Of a stretch of DNA of 64,000 nt, positions 1-12,795 are shown piece after piece. The stretch is from Marsupella aquatica. Lineage: Eukaryota; Plantae; Marchantiophyta. Position 1 is the stretch's first letter. Each line of letters starts with the position of its first letter. Position numbers and translations under genes: made by a program. The notes under the pieces are model-generated. The model did no database searches. It was not told the origin of the DNA and worked only from the letters and a program-made list of their open reading frames with translations. The DNA is taken from the NCBI GenBank assembly GCA_973895155.1, contig OZ316893.1, positions 6,348,963 to 6,412,962 of the forward strand, read 5' to 3'.

Positions 1-60
1 TGACGGAGGGGAATTGAACCCCTGATTGAGCATAAATCTCAATTTGCCAATCCGCCATCC
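1..60 (-). other. tRNA-like / tRNA-derived fragment (box A + box B), cut by the window edge
   Basis: Minus strand reads GGATGGCGGATTGGCAAATTGAGATTTATGCTCAATCAGGGGTTCAATTCCCCTCCGTCA. It has a box-A-like TGGCGGATTGG, a T-arm AGGGG-TTCAATT-CCCCT and a stem-loop ATTGAG-ATTTATG-CTCAAT. No proper D-arm. Confidence 0.35.
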
Positions 61-306
61 CCTACTCTACTCCCTCCCACTAACCCTACACATGCATCAC
101 ATACACACACAACAAACTACTTTTAATAAACAATAGTCAATTATATATCACAATTTACTCACACTTTGAATATATGTAGTCAAAGCTTGCAAGTCACTTG
201 CATCTAGTACATACACTTTGTCAACTGTCCCAGACTTCATTGTCAAGTTCACATTTATCAGCCTATTCATTAAAGTGTATTTTCTTTTGTTCACAAATCA
301 GTCTTG

Positions 307-386
307 AAATGTACACTTTCATGTCCCCAAATGTACACTTTAAGAAACCCAAATGTACACTTTTTGATCCCTAAATGTACACTTTA
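307..386. repeat. Four copies of AAATGTACACTTT at 22-bp spacing
   Basis: Copies start at 307, 329, 351 and 373; an inverted partial copy lies near 272. Confidence 0.8.
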
Positions 387-663
387 TAGGCCAAATCATA
401 TTAGTATTATATTAATAAATAATCTATATTATATTATTTATTAATTCACAAAGAATAATAGGATAGAGATCATTAGTTATTAATTCACAAAGAATAGTAG
501 GATAGATATCATACTTATGAGAACATTTCAGCACAAAGAAGCCCTTTAATTTGTGTGAACAAAATCATGACATAACTCCAAATAGATTATAAAATAATAT
601 ACAATTATCTCCAAATTTACAATGTATTTCTTCTATCTAAGGGGCTTAACATGAGTCAGATCT

Positions 664-1697
664 CTAAACAAAGTGCTCCTTACAATGTGTATTTGAGCAC
701 GTGCCCCTGTCTCCTTTACTATCTACCCTAGTGTCACGGTTGCAAGTCCCTTTATCTTCAGGGAGCTGAAACTTGGTGGTGTTGTTCCTAATGGCTATAA
801 TCTCCCGCAAAAAGTGTCTGGGATTTTCTCTATACGGACCTGAATAGTCTCGTCCTACAAATGCTTTAGCAAGTGAGGTGACAAGTGCATCGTCAAGTTC
901 TACCTCAGTACGTAAACTACATATACGATGCTTCACATTCCAAGGAATCTCATTGCTATTGAGGTCCAACACACTATGCGTAAACTGTGACTTCCAAATT
1001 TTTGTTGCACATCTCTTACTAAGTTGATCATAAGTAATTTCATTTTTTACCTTGTCTCTCTTTATGTTCAATAGAGACCACAGTGGAGAGTTCAGAAGAA
1101 GATAACATCTAATGTCACTTGCATGTGATAGTTTCTCAAGACAAGGCCAAAGAATTGTTAGAAGAAAATTATCTCCACGATTGGCATGCGTGTAGGGCAC
1201 TGGAAATAGTCCGGTGAATCTTGGGTTGGCAAATGCCTTAAGGGGGGAGTCATCCACAAGGAGGGTGTTGGTTTCATCATATAGATTTCCAAATCCACTC
1301 CATACCACCCGAAAATCCTTCAGTAGCACATTTGCCTTTCCGTTTGTAATGTCACGCCTTTGAATGCTTGTGTCAAAGGCTTCCACCTGTGTGAATACAA
1401 ACTTAAGTTTCAACCGCTCCTCAACAATGAACATCATGTTCAACATTTTCACTGTTCGCTGCACCCCAGCACATGTCCAAATCGCAACATCAAATTGGTC
1501 AAAAACCAACTTTAGAAACTCATGGAGCCCTGGCCTTTCTGTATACATGCGACTAATTCCATTTTTTCTATCCCAATGCACTCCACTTGGGATCACAACA
1601 TTTCTGGATTTGCCCTTGCTTTGGAATTCAACCGAATCCCAAAGTATTTTGTTAACATCCAAAATCAGCAATTTGCGCTTGATGGAAGGTCTTGGTT
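664..1697 (-). CDS. FCP1/NIF-family HAD phosphatase-like domain (probable last exon of gene A)
   Basis: RKLLILDVNKIL, RPGLHEFL...FDVAIWT, LLKDF..VW and YDETNTLLVDDSPLKAFANP match the FCP1-homology pattern (DxN variant). Acceptor ttgcag ends at 1698. Confidence 0.85.
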
Positions 1698-4356
1698 CTG
1701 CAAGTGCAACAAATACCAATCTTAGAGAGAAAACCACATTTGAAGTTTGGATAGAGATCGTCTCCATCCAAAAAACACAAGTGGCCAACCACAAAGAAAA
1801 TCTGCATACTGACCGTATTCATTGAGGAACCGTAACGAGGAAATGGATATCGATACTTATGCTCTAGTTGTTAGGCGCGCTTGAAGTAATTATACAGACT
1901 ATATTATATCAAATTGATAAGGTCCATATTCATCAATCAAGATATCATCACCGAGCTCCTGTTGGATCTCATAATTGACATCGGAGGTACTCTCCTCTAC
2001 CCAATAAGGTGCAGACCAAACTGGAGTTATCAATCCCAATTCTCCGCTTCTATAATCTGGATCTTTCTTATGCTTTTTGTAAGAGTCATTGTTCAAAATT
2101 GATTGAGCAGCATCCAATGGTACTTCGGTTCCTACATCTGGTCCACTTTTCCACACGTAACATCGGCAATCATATTCAAGTGACTTATATCCCGTTGATC
2201 CTACTCTCTTTCCTTTCTTTTTTGAGAGCGGAAGGATAACAGGACTTCTTGATTGTGACCGAACAAACACTAATTTGTCATCAGAAGCGGAAAAGAGTGT
2301 ATTAGGACAAATTGAAGCATCTGCCTGGTTGTCAGCAGTCGTGGATGCACTTGCTTCATTGACGGGAATGTCAGGTACTTGGATGGTCTCTGCTCTCAAT
2401 CCCAATGTGTCAAGTTCATTGGACTCACCATGCCTCTCCGCACCTTGATTGAGAAGGTTGTTTGAAGAAAGTTTCTCAAATGTATCAACTTCTGATTCTC
2501 TCATTTCCTCCATCTCTTGTCCAGGCACTTGTGGATGGAGACCATCTCTATCCAAGTTATCATCAAACTGGCCCTCGTTGGGGCCCATGGGGGCAACATC
2601 TGTAATTGGTGAACTACAAGGTGCAGATCCAACAATCATGTCATCTTCCACAAGGTCAATATCTTCACCCTCGCCAACTCGGTCATCCAAATTCTTCACA
2701 TATGCGCCCTCCGATGGCCCATCACCTTTGACTGATTGGTCAGCTCCATCTTCTTGATCACCATGCATCTGATTCATCATGAATAGAAACAGCGGCAGAA
2801 GAGGGTTCCCAATGTCTAGAACTTCCACCAACATAGCGATCATAACGATCTTTGATGGTGGGAACCCTCTCGCAAAGGAACGAAGCGTATGCTTCCAAAA
2901 AATGTCTCTCATGTTGAGAGTCACAATAAACAAAACATTCACGTTGAGAAAAAAGGAATGTCTTCATCACTTGACCGCCAGAGAAAAAGTCAAGAATCAA
3001 ATCCCCTGGTTCGGATAATGTTTGGATGATCTTTTGGATCATCCGGGTGGGTTTGGCATGAGGATTCACCCATCCACCACGAGCCCCAACAGTCTCAAAT
3101 TGAGGTGCCATGTGCAGAAGTATTGCCGCCTAGCTCTTCTGGGGTTATCACAATTCGTAGATCTTCATCCATTGACTCCTCGTCCGTGTTCTTTCCCTTC
3201 GTCGTTCCATTCCCTTTGATTTCTCAATGACAAAATCAGTATCCTTTTCACCATACACCCATTTTGGCTTCATTTGGTTGGGCTTGAACACTTCATCCCA
3301 ACTGACATTTTCTTCGCGAGAAATTCCGGCAAAGATAACTTCTTCTATTCCTCCCTTCCAACATGAGTCATGAGGGTGAGGTTGATCATCTCGAGAATAA
3401 CTCCCATACTCAATGTGAATGCTCAAAGTTTTTGAATGTCCTAATTTACGAAGAGCGCTTAGGACATTCCGTACAAGATAACCCGGATGGACAGTTATCA
3501 TCACAACAATGGTGGGATTCCGTGGTAGCTCTACTATATATTGGAAGAGGACCAAAATCTCTGCTTCAGTCCACTCCTTCTGTTGAAGTCGGCTGAAATC
3601 AACAATCGCAAGAGGGCATGTTGGAGATTGTTCTTCCAATGACTCCGGATCCACTGTCTTCATTAGATTGTTACTGAAAAATGTGACCCATGACTGAGTC
3701 CGAGAACTTGTCCCACCGCCAAACTTTTGATAGTAAATATCATCTAGACGCATCACCAATGTCATTGGCAATATCTCACTCTCCTTTGTATGATTAGACT
3801 TCAATAAATTTGTCAACCATACTTCACCAGCCGCTCTTCGGCACCTGTTCAACTCTGACTCGGCACTTAACAATGGGAGGACCTCAATTACTTTAACCCA
3901 TTGAGTATCTGCTGGGAAGTTTTTTGGATCCTTCTTGAAGTAGTAATCTCCAATAAGAGACTTCAATTTGATCAATATTTTCACCTCCTTTGCAAACTCC
4001 TCCATCGCTGGAACATCTAACTTATTTGTCGGATCCTTCTTCAATAAAACTTGACCTGACTTCACCTTGTTCAAAATTTTGGTCAAATCTCTATTTGAGA
4101 TTTCACCATCAAAACAACGAAACATTGCGACCGTTATTGCCTTTTCAGACCTTTTGTTTCCTTGTGTACCAGCTCCATCAGGAAGATTTCCATCAATCCA
4201 CATTTGGCACACTAACCGCCATAACTCAAAAAGATCATTCTCGGAAAAAAGCAACCAGTATACATTTTTCAAGTCTTTTCTCCCCATGGTCATCCTTGCC
4301 AGTGCCAAATAATCCTGCAATCAAAAATTGGGGGGAATGTTGTGAGTTATCTAAAT

Positions 4357-5335
4357 AAACCAAAAGTCACACTCTTGGACAGAGACCATCTCCATCCAAG
4401 TCAAAACCAAAAGTAGAATGAAGAGATATCTCTGGAACGGACGGTGACACTCTTGGACAGAGACCATCTCCATCCAAGTCAAAACCAAAAGTAGAATGAA
4501 ATAAAATCTCTAGAACGGACGGTCACACTCTTGGACAGAGACCATCTCCATCCAAGTCAAAACCAAAAGTAGAATGAAGAGATATCTCTGGAACGGACGG
4601 TGACACTCTTGGACAGAGACCATCTCCATCCAAGTCAAAACCAAAAGTAGAATGAAGAGATATCTCTAGAACGGACGGTGACACTCTTGGACAGAGACCA
4701 TCTCCATCCAAGTCAAAACCAAAAGTAGAATGAAGTAAAATCTCTAGAACGGACGGTCACACTCTTGGACAGAGACCATCTCCATCCAAGTCAAAACCAA
4801 AAGTAGAATGAAGAGAAATCTCTGGAACGGACGGTGACACTCTTGGACAGAGACCATCTCCATCCAAGTCAAAACCAAAAGTAGAATGAAGTAAAATCTC
4901 TAGAACGGACGGTGACACTCTTGGACAGAGACCATCTCCATCCAAGTCAAAACCAAAAGTAGAATGAAGTAAAATCTCTAGAACGGACGGTCACACTCTT
5001 GGACAGAGACCATCTCCATCCAAGTCAAAACCAAAAGTAGAATGAAGAGAAATCTCTGGAACGGACGGTGACACTCTTGGACAGAGACCATCTCCATCCA
5101 AGTCAAAACCAAAAGTAGAATGAAGTAAAATCTCTAGAACGGACGGTGACACTCTTGGACAGAGACCATCTCCATCCAAGTCAAAACCAAAAGTAGAATG
5201 AAGTAAAATCTTTGAAACGGACGGTCTCACTCTTGGATAGAGACCATCTCCATCCAAGTCATAACCGAAAATATATTGAACTAAAATCAATGTAACGGGC
5301 GGTCACACTCTTGGACAGAGACCATCTCTGTCCAA
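4357..5335. repeat. Array 1: ~12.5 copies of a 78-bp unit containing the imperfect palindrome TTGGACAGAGACCATCTCCATCCAA; fills intron 2 of gene A
   Basis: Unit starts every 78 bp from 4368 to 5304, inside intron 5356-4315. Confidence 0.95.
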
Positions 5336-6990
5336 ACAAGAAAATACGTTTCTCACCTGAAATTTCTGATTGTCTTGGGCGTTTGACTTGTTGTCCCCGT
5401 GCTTTGGCTTTCTTGGTGCTCCGCATTCAATGAATTGTTTCCTTGCATGAACAATTGTATCTTTGAAGCACGATTGAAACACCATCGTCGAATTGATGGC
5501 ATTTGATCTCATTGAGTGCTCAACCAATATAGCCGATGGTGTAAGGTCTGACAATAATCTAGACTTCCTGTATTTTAACTTTTTTGCCAACACTGTGAGT
5601 TTGGCATCAGTTTTGGCCCATTCGAGAACCCACTTGGCCGCCCTAGCCGAATGTTGCCCACTGATGGCAAAGAAACCAATCTCGCCTTTCTTCACACCTG
5701 CAAGAAAGTCTTTGCGGTCGTTCTCCGTGCTGTCAAAATGGAGCAACTTTCTAAGCTTTGGATTGTAAGGAAGCAGGTCCGCGACATGAGGTTCATGTCC
5801 AGGGTTTTTGACCATGGATTCGGCTATGTGCTTCACATGGGTACTATTGAGCATCCTGTAACATAATCTTGCCGGTGCAGGCATAATTTTCTCCACTGGA
5901 ATAGAAAACAGTTCATTTATCCCAAAAGTATAGTACTGCTCTATTCTTTGGAGAACATCATTTCCTTCTAAGACCTTTTTCTCCTCAGGGGCATCAAGTT
6001 TGTCTCCCTCATCTTCTGGGAGCATCTGTACTTCTGCAGGGGTTGACTGCACGATAGACTTGTCAGTCTTCTGTTTCTTCTTCCCTACTGGCTTCTTCTC
6101 GGGTTCCTTTGGCAGTGTCTCAATTTTCTCGTGCTCCTTGCTCTCTCTTTTTCTCCGCTTCCCTACCACTCTTTTGGTGCTTGTCCCAGTTCTTGTTCCT
6201 GCGGTCCCAGCTGTTGTTCTTGCAGTCCCTGTTGTCTCCTGGGATACTTTTGGTGGCTTGGGAACTTCCGTGTTCACAACTACTGGTGGAAGCTCTTTCA
6301 CCGCTACTGGTGGAACATTCGTCGGCTTGGGTAATCATCAAATGCAATGTTCTTGTCAAGCCAAACACTTAACTCTGAAGATAGGAAACCTGCCTTGTCA
6401 AGCAGATTATTTAAAACCCATATCACCGGGATTGTGTAATTCCCTTGGTTTTTATGGATATTTAGCTTCACATATTGGAAGCCATACATGATGTCGAGTG
6501 GAAGAATCCCCTTCACCCCTGCAATAACTTTCTGAGCTGAATATGATTTTGGGAAAAATCCCATTGACAACACGCCAAGTTCTCCAGCAGCAGACCACTC
6601 AATATTGAACTCGGAGGAATACGCCTTTGACGGAAGATGAAGTTTAACCCACCTTATTCTTTCATGGAGCTCAAGAATGACTGAAACAAATCCCCTTCCT
6701 TCAATTCCAACGAAGACTACAGGTCCAATTACAAGAGTCTCCCCTTCTGACGTTCTGACCTTTATGCACAACACGGGTTCCCGTCTCTTTGTTGTGCTAA
6801 GATAATCAAAATCAACTCTGGAGAACTCAAGGCCCCAACGGAAGTCTGGGTTGCTCTGCTCAACAAGACTCCCTCAGAACAATCTGCCTCTGAAATTGGT
6901 GGTTTCAATGCATTGAGAGTACTCCCTGAATTGCCACAACCATGCATAATTATTAGTTTTGTCATTGGAAATTTGGGGTTCTCTATAAGT

Positions 6991-7832
6991 TTGGACAGAG
7001 ATGATCTCTATCCGATTCTGACTAGAGGACACTCTCCCTTCCTTGGATAGAGATCATCCCTGTCCAACTGGACAGAGATGATTTCAGTCATAGGATATGA
7101 ATGATCTATATGCAATTACTAATACAAATCATCACTACCCTCTGCTTGGATAGAGATCATCTCTATCCAACTAAAAAGGGATGATCTCTATCTAGGCAGA
7201 TGATGGGGCAGAGGACGAGAAAGATCCAAAACCTTTTAAAAACTTTAAATCATCTCTACCCACTATGTGGATAGAGATCATCTCTATCCAACTAGACAGG
7301 GATGATCTCTATCCAAGTAGAGAATTACTAACATCTCTATCCAACTTTACTATCCTATGCTTGGATAGAGATCATCTCTATCCAACTGGACAAGGATGAT
7401 CTCTATAGACAGGATGGGAATGATCCGTATCGAATTACTAATAGAAATCATCACCATCCTCTACTTGGATGGAGATCATCTCTATCCAACTGGACAGGGA
7501 TGATCTCTATCCATAGACAGGATGAGAATGATCCGTATCGAATTACTAATAGAAATCATCACTATCCTCTACTTGGATGGAGATCATCTCTATCCAACTG
7601 GACAGGGATGATCTCTATCCATAGACAGGATGGGAATGATCCATATCGAATTACTAATAGAAATCATCACTATCCTCTACTTGGATGGAGATGATCTCTA
7701 TCCAACTGGACAGGGATGATCTCTATAGACAGGATGGGAATGATCCGTATCGAATTACTAATAGAAATCATCACTATCCTCTACTTGGATGGAGATGATC
7801 TCTATCCAACTGGACAGGGATGATCTCTGTCC
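6991..7832. repeat. Array 2: ~8 copies of a roughly 104-108-bp unit containing palindrome TTGGATAGAGATCATCTCTATCCAA plus a second adjacent copy; fills intron 1 of gene A
   Basis: Palindromes near 7043, 7146, 7268, 7361, 7465, 7573, 7681 and 7785, inside intron 7857-6983. Confidence 0.9.
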
Positions 7833-9143
7833 GGTGCCTAAAACTTGAGGTACTCACTTGGGTTGAGCAACTGAAAGGCTCTAGAATCCTCCAAGGCCGT
7901 GTCTACCACGTCCGCAATGGAGGAGAGATCCGTCTCCTCTGTTGGCTCTGTAGTCAAGTCCACTTGAATAGGCCTACTTGACTCCATATTTGAACACGTG
8001 GCAATCTGGACACGTGGCGGATCAAGGGGCGTTAGATCTAGGGCAACTAATGTGGCGGCGGTGGAGACTGAGTAGCAATGGAGGAGGAAGCAGAAGAGAA
8101 GCGGAAGCACATAGGAGGATCGAGATGAGCGAGAGGATCGAGCACAAGATGAGCAAGAGTAAGAGGAGCGCAACAGGAGCAAGAGTAGAGGAGGAGGAGG
8201 AGCGGAGGAGGAGGAGGAGAATCACAAGATGAGGAAATGAAGAATGAGGTCAAGAGAGGACCTCTTGCCTCCTTTACCCCCTCCCAGGGGGGAGGCCGAT
8301 GATGTACGGCCAATGATGTGAGGCCGAGGATGTACGGCCGACTATGTGAGGCCAAATGCAAAGTATGGCCACTAGTGAGGCGCAACCCTCAGACAAGCCC
8401 TAACCCTCCGCCGCTGGTGAAGGTCGATTGCGCCTTATCGCTTTGCCTCATCTTTGACAGCGAGAATTACGCTCCATCCCTCTTGAACAATGGTATAAGA
8501 ACCCCTCAAGCGACCTCATTGTTATTTTCCTTCTTAGATTTTCATTCAGTCTCTCAACGAGCTCCGTTTATTACGGAGCTCCAAACAAGAAGCCTTAAAT
8601 GATGAGTAACAAGCCCATACTTTAGGAACTCTAGCCAAAAAATCAGAAAAACAACAAAAAAGTCAAAAAAAGTGCAAAAATTAGCACCTATTTTAGAGCA
8701 AAAATATGGAGCGAACAAAATATGACATAAACTAGCTATGTTTTGACACCTAAAAATGACCAAATTCATCTGAAGTTACATTCCACCAATAAATGATCTC
8801 AAATACAACACTATTATCTACAATGGTCTCACAATTACACGAGGTGTCTTTTGAAACAACAACTAAATCACCTCCAAAAGCCATTGTCATTTAAAAACCA
8901 GAAAATAAATTACTACAACTTAACCTGATACACATTATTGTGAAAAGAAGACAAGGAGAATAGAAATGACACCATCTAATTGAACTGAAACACAACCCAC
9001 TAAGATAATATTAAACTACAAATTTCTCAAGAAACTTTAACCATGAATTCATGAATAAGTGGTAAAGGCATTTTGAAAATTTGTAAAATTTCAAGTTATC
9101 CATGTTTTTCAATGGTAATGTCACAAACAATACCTACTTTTCA

Positions 9144-12100
9144 TTACTCAGATCCAGAAGTCCTCAATTCTTGAAACGAAATATCCCTAGATTTATCTCC
9201 TAGCGGGGTTCTAGTTGATCCATTCTCTTGTTCTTGCTCTTTCTCTTCTGCCAAAAATTCAGTCAATCGGATTTTGATTCGATCTACTGTCTTTTTGTAC
9301 AATGTATCAGATTTTGTCAACATGAAGTTGTAAGCAAAAACAGTTGTTGAAGATAAATCAAGCTCTTGGTGAAACCATATTGGTTTCAAAGTTCCTTTCC
9401 CACGACCACTTTTCTTCTTTTCGTAGTTTAAGACTTCTGGTAAGTACTTGGCTTTCCAAGGATCTAACCCGGTTTTTGTAGCATGCCATAAAACATAAAT
9501 CATTTTTGGAATGTTGAACTCGTCGCGCTGGTCAATTCTTTCCACCTTGGCCACCCAAAATGTTTCCGATTCTTCTCCAGCAACAGAAATATAAGTGTTG
9601 ACTTCAAGATCCGAAAAGTCTCCTTCCATATTCTCCTTCTCTGCATCTATCTTTCCTTGATTCCGATAAGGACCCACGTATATATCTCTGGTAGGTCCGT
9701 ATACTCTCTCTTCAATTTCCTCTTCATTGACAAGGACTCTGGGAACTTCAGCAGCAACAGCAATCTCCCTTTGGGAGCGTGGCCATTGAAAAGGGAAAAT
9801 CAATGGTCTTTGATCAAGGAGCAAAGATTTATTCAATTCCCGTTACTCTTCAAAAAACATTCTCCACCAGTTCACTTCCTCTTCTGAGAATAAAGTTTCA
9901 ACTGCAAGTATTCCCTTTTGAATCTCATTTAACGAATCATCCATCTCTTTCAAAGTCATTCTTGAAGAACTAGACATATTTGGTTGAGTCCTTGTAATGT
10001 TCTTATCCCCCTTTTTGAAAAGGGGTAATCCAGGAGCACAACCCATCACCTTTTCTGGCTCCTCTTCCCTCAAAAATTTCACGCCTCCGTCAGGTTTCCA
10101 AGTTGAGTCCGTGGAAAACTTCTTCCCCCATTGGGTTGGAACTTGATTTTCCAACTTGTCAAATGCAAATTTGTACTGGTGGTGGAAGGTAACATTTCGA
10201 ATCCTTTCAATGACTAAAGGTGGATCTGAGAAGGCATATTGACGGAAATCATATGTTTCCTTTAAAAGAGTGATATTTGGTTGGGGTTGATATGATTCAC
10301 AAATAATATCACATAGGCTTTCGTATGTGAATGCCTTAAACCTTGCTAGTCGTTTAGAAAATCGACTGAACATTTGATCTATTTGGTCGTGTGTGTGTCC
10401 AACCAACAAGAATCCTAGTTTGATTTTCCGAAAAACCTTTCTTCGAATCAACATATGAAGATAGGCAAAGAGTAAATTATTTTTATTTTCTCTACTGGTA
10501 TTATCAAGTTGAAGATAGAGAACAGGCGGCAAGCCACCAGGCTTTTCTTCCCATTCGTGAAACACCCTTTGCAGGATTGTGACTGTCAAGTTTCCATCAT
10601 TATGCAATACAGGATAATTAAGAAACACTCTTGAAAATAGTGCACCATTGAAAACCAGGCATCCGACAACGTGCATTTGGATCAAACATGTTTCGTCCAC
10701 CGATTTTGGGGGCCGCGGCCAATGAGGCAACCTTGTCTTCTTCTGATCCATCCCATCAATGACAACTCCCAAATATTTATCAGAATTTGAAAAACATTTC
10801 TTATGATGCTTCGCGAGTTTCTCACGTTCTTTGGATTGTTGGTCTCTATGTTTTTGTAACATAATTTCCCCTCGCCCTGGAAAAACAACTTGTTAGTTTC
10901 TTCAAAAAAAATTAGAAATCATGTGTTAAGCCATATTCTTGAAACAAAAACTTGTCAAACTTGTAAGTAACTTACTCTTTTCGGTCTCCGAGATAGCTTT
11001 GTCACGAATTGATTTGAACTCCTCGCAATCCGCGCAAGCACTGAATCGATTTACTGGAGGAATCTTCACATGACCAAATTCTTGAACCCAAACTTTCAAG
11101 AATTGTCGATAGGATATTTTTGATGATTCATCAATCTTGGCATAGTTGGAGTCGTAGATCTTCCATACCTCCAGCTTTGAATAATTATCCGGTAAATGTG
11201 AAACTTCTTTATTTGGCAATGTTTCCACGCGTGTCTCAAAAAATGACCTAAGCCAACTGACCAAGACTAATCTTTTAACAGATGGAGGGCGTCCAACTGG
11301 TTTAGAATATCCTAAGTCTTGGTTGTCTAATTTCAAAATTCTATTTAATCTATGATTGCCAACGCAAAATATAAGCTTGAAAGCTTTCCGACAAATACTC
11401 TTTTGACCAAACGTGTAAGATATAGTCTGCCTCCCTCCTTCATTTCCGTCTCGCTTTATAAGCCACTGCAAAGATAAAGATCGATCCTGAGATTTCTGCC
11501 TCAAAAATTTAGAACGCGCCTCACGAATTTCTTTTGGAGATAGACTTAGGAGACAATGACTCTGACAACAGTACTTACTATTTGTTTTCTTGATATCCTC
11601 CTCTTTCAACTTTGTTTCACACAAAGTGGCGTTGCTCGTACGTTTGTAACGACTAGATGCCACCGGAACATCATCATCCTCCCCACTCTCCGAAGACTCG
11701 CTTTCATTGGATGATGAAATGGTCACCAACATTTGCTTCTGAACATGCCTAGATTCCAGACCTGCAGCCTCCGGAGATGGAGGCTCTTCCTTCACTCTAT
11801 GCAGCCTTGGAATACCTGGGCGTATTTCAGAAATCCCTCCATTACCGTGTAGGGACCCTTTCAATATTTTCCTAGGGTCCCTCTCCACCAGGTTCGTTTC
11901 CCTGTTTGAGTTTCCGTGACTTGATCCGCTCCCTGCCCCAACACCATGACTCCTAGGTAAAACTGAGGAACGCACATTAGAATTCTTTTCTGGAATACTT
12001 TTCAATAACACTGGTCGTCTAGTTTCTTCCCTCATCCCCCTGTGAAATGTTTCCGACGTTGGCTTACCAAAGGTTTTACTTTTTGGCATTTGCTTTAGCC

Positions 12101-12795
12101 GCTGAACACTTTGGAGACTGCAAAAATCTCTGTCATTTTCCCCACTTAGTGCCTTCTTCGTCTTTCCAAATCCAGTCTTCATAAATTCATGAGACCGTTT
12201 CCCAGACATCCAAATAGGCATTGAACCTTCCAGATTACTCCCCAATTTGTCCTTTGTTGGTGACAAAGGAGATACAACTTGACGTCCATGGGGACCAATA
12301 CTCTCCAAGGAGTCAGAGGAGCTCCCTGACCTCTCTTTACCACCGACCAATGATTTCTTCCCACTAATTGCAAGCTCGGGGGGGTCACTTCCATGGAAGT
12401 GACATATCATGTGCGACGAAGTATAGGGCCATTTAAATGGTTTTGGCGGAAGACTTATTAAGTCTTCTATGGAAATATAGGGTTGTTTAATTGCAAAATG
12501 CATACGTGTCATCACATGATTGGTGTCGTACAACTTTCTAGAAAGTGACTTAGGGGGGTCATAAATGACCCAAACCGTCGCACGTGATGTATGACCCTTC
12601 ATATAGTGACCCCCCCGAGATTGCAAGTCGTAAAGGACTACGTTTTAACTTGCTCATAGGGGTGGGGGGTGGCATATCTAAAACAGTAGTTATTCCAGGG
12701 ATATCTGGGCCAACCACTGTGCAGGGGCCATCCGGCAATGAAACATCATCAGAAACTCCATCTGAATAATCATCTGATTCGTAACATGCCGCCAT
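9144..12795 (-). pseudogene. Sola-like (DUF7869-type) DDD transposase with Cys-rich N-terminal region and an SH3/Tudor-like C-terminal extension; MITE-interrupted, one nonsense codon
   Basis: Motifs IDGMDQKKTRLP, LYLQLDNTSRENKN and FLLVGHTHDQIDQMFSRFS; Cys motifs CCQSHC, ICRKAF and CADC. Intron 10975-10877 keeps frame. In-frame TAA at 9845-9843 joins the 9144-9836 ORF. Removing the MITE plus one TSD (253 bp) restores the frame from ATG 12795. Confidence 0.8.
12375..12619. mobile_element. MITE copy 1 (245 bp), TIRs CTCGGGGGGGTCACT / AGTGACCCCCCCGAG, 8-bp TSD ATTGCAAG
   Basis: TSD at 12367-12374 and 12620-12627. Near-identical inverted copy at 20790-21037. Confidence 0.95.

Larger units (their letters stand above)
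664..7987 (-). pseudogene. Gene A: multi-exon fusion of ParB/Srx-like domain, degenerate beta-class amino-MTase, acidic linker and FCP1-like HAD phosphatase; disrupted by frameshifts and stops
   Basis: ATG at 7987. Frame-preserving GT-AG introns at 7857-6983, 5356-4315 and 1813-1698. ParB-like FFAISGQHSARAA; MTase C-terminal half NPHAKPTRMIQKIIQTLSEPGDLILDFFSGG; motif IV position reads LAIVDFSR. Frameshifts near 6775, 6335 and 2765; in-frame stop clusters near 3150-3130 and 1901-1857. Confidence 0.7.

Noticed and set aside
4523-5290. Repetitive ORFs (DGDGLCPRV...) as proteins
   Set aside because: They are translations of the 78-bp intronic array.
12375-12626. N-terminus of the 566-aa ORF (and of ORF 20051-20824) as genuine protein
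   Set aside because: These residues are read through the MITE; the true frames are restored by removing it.
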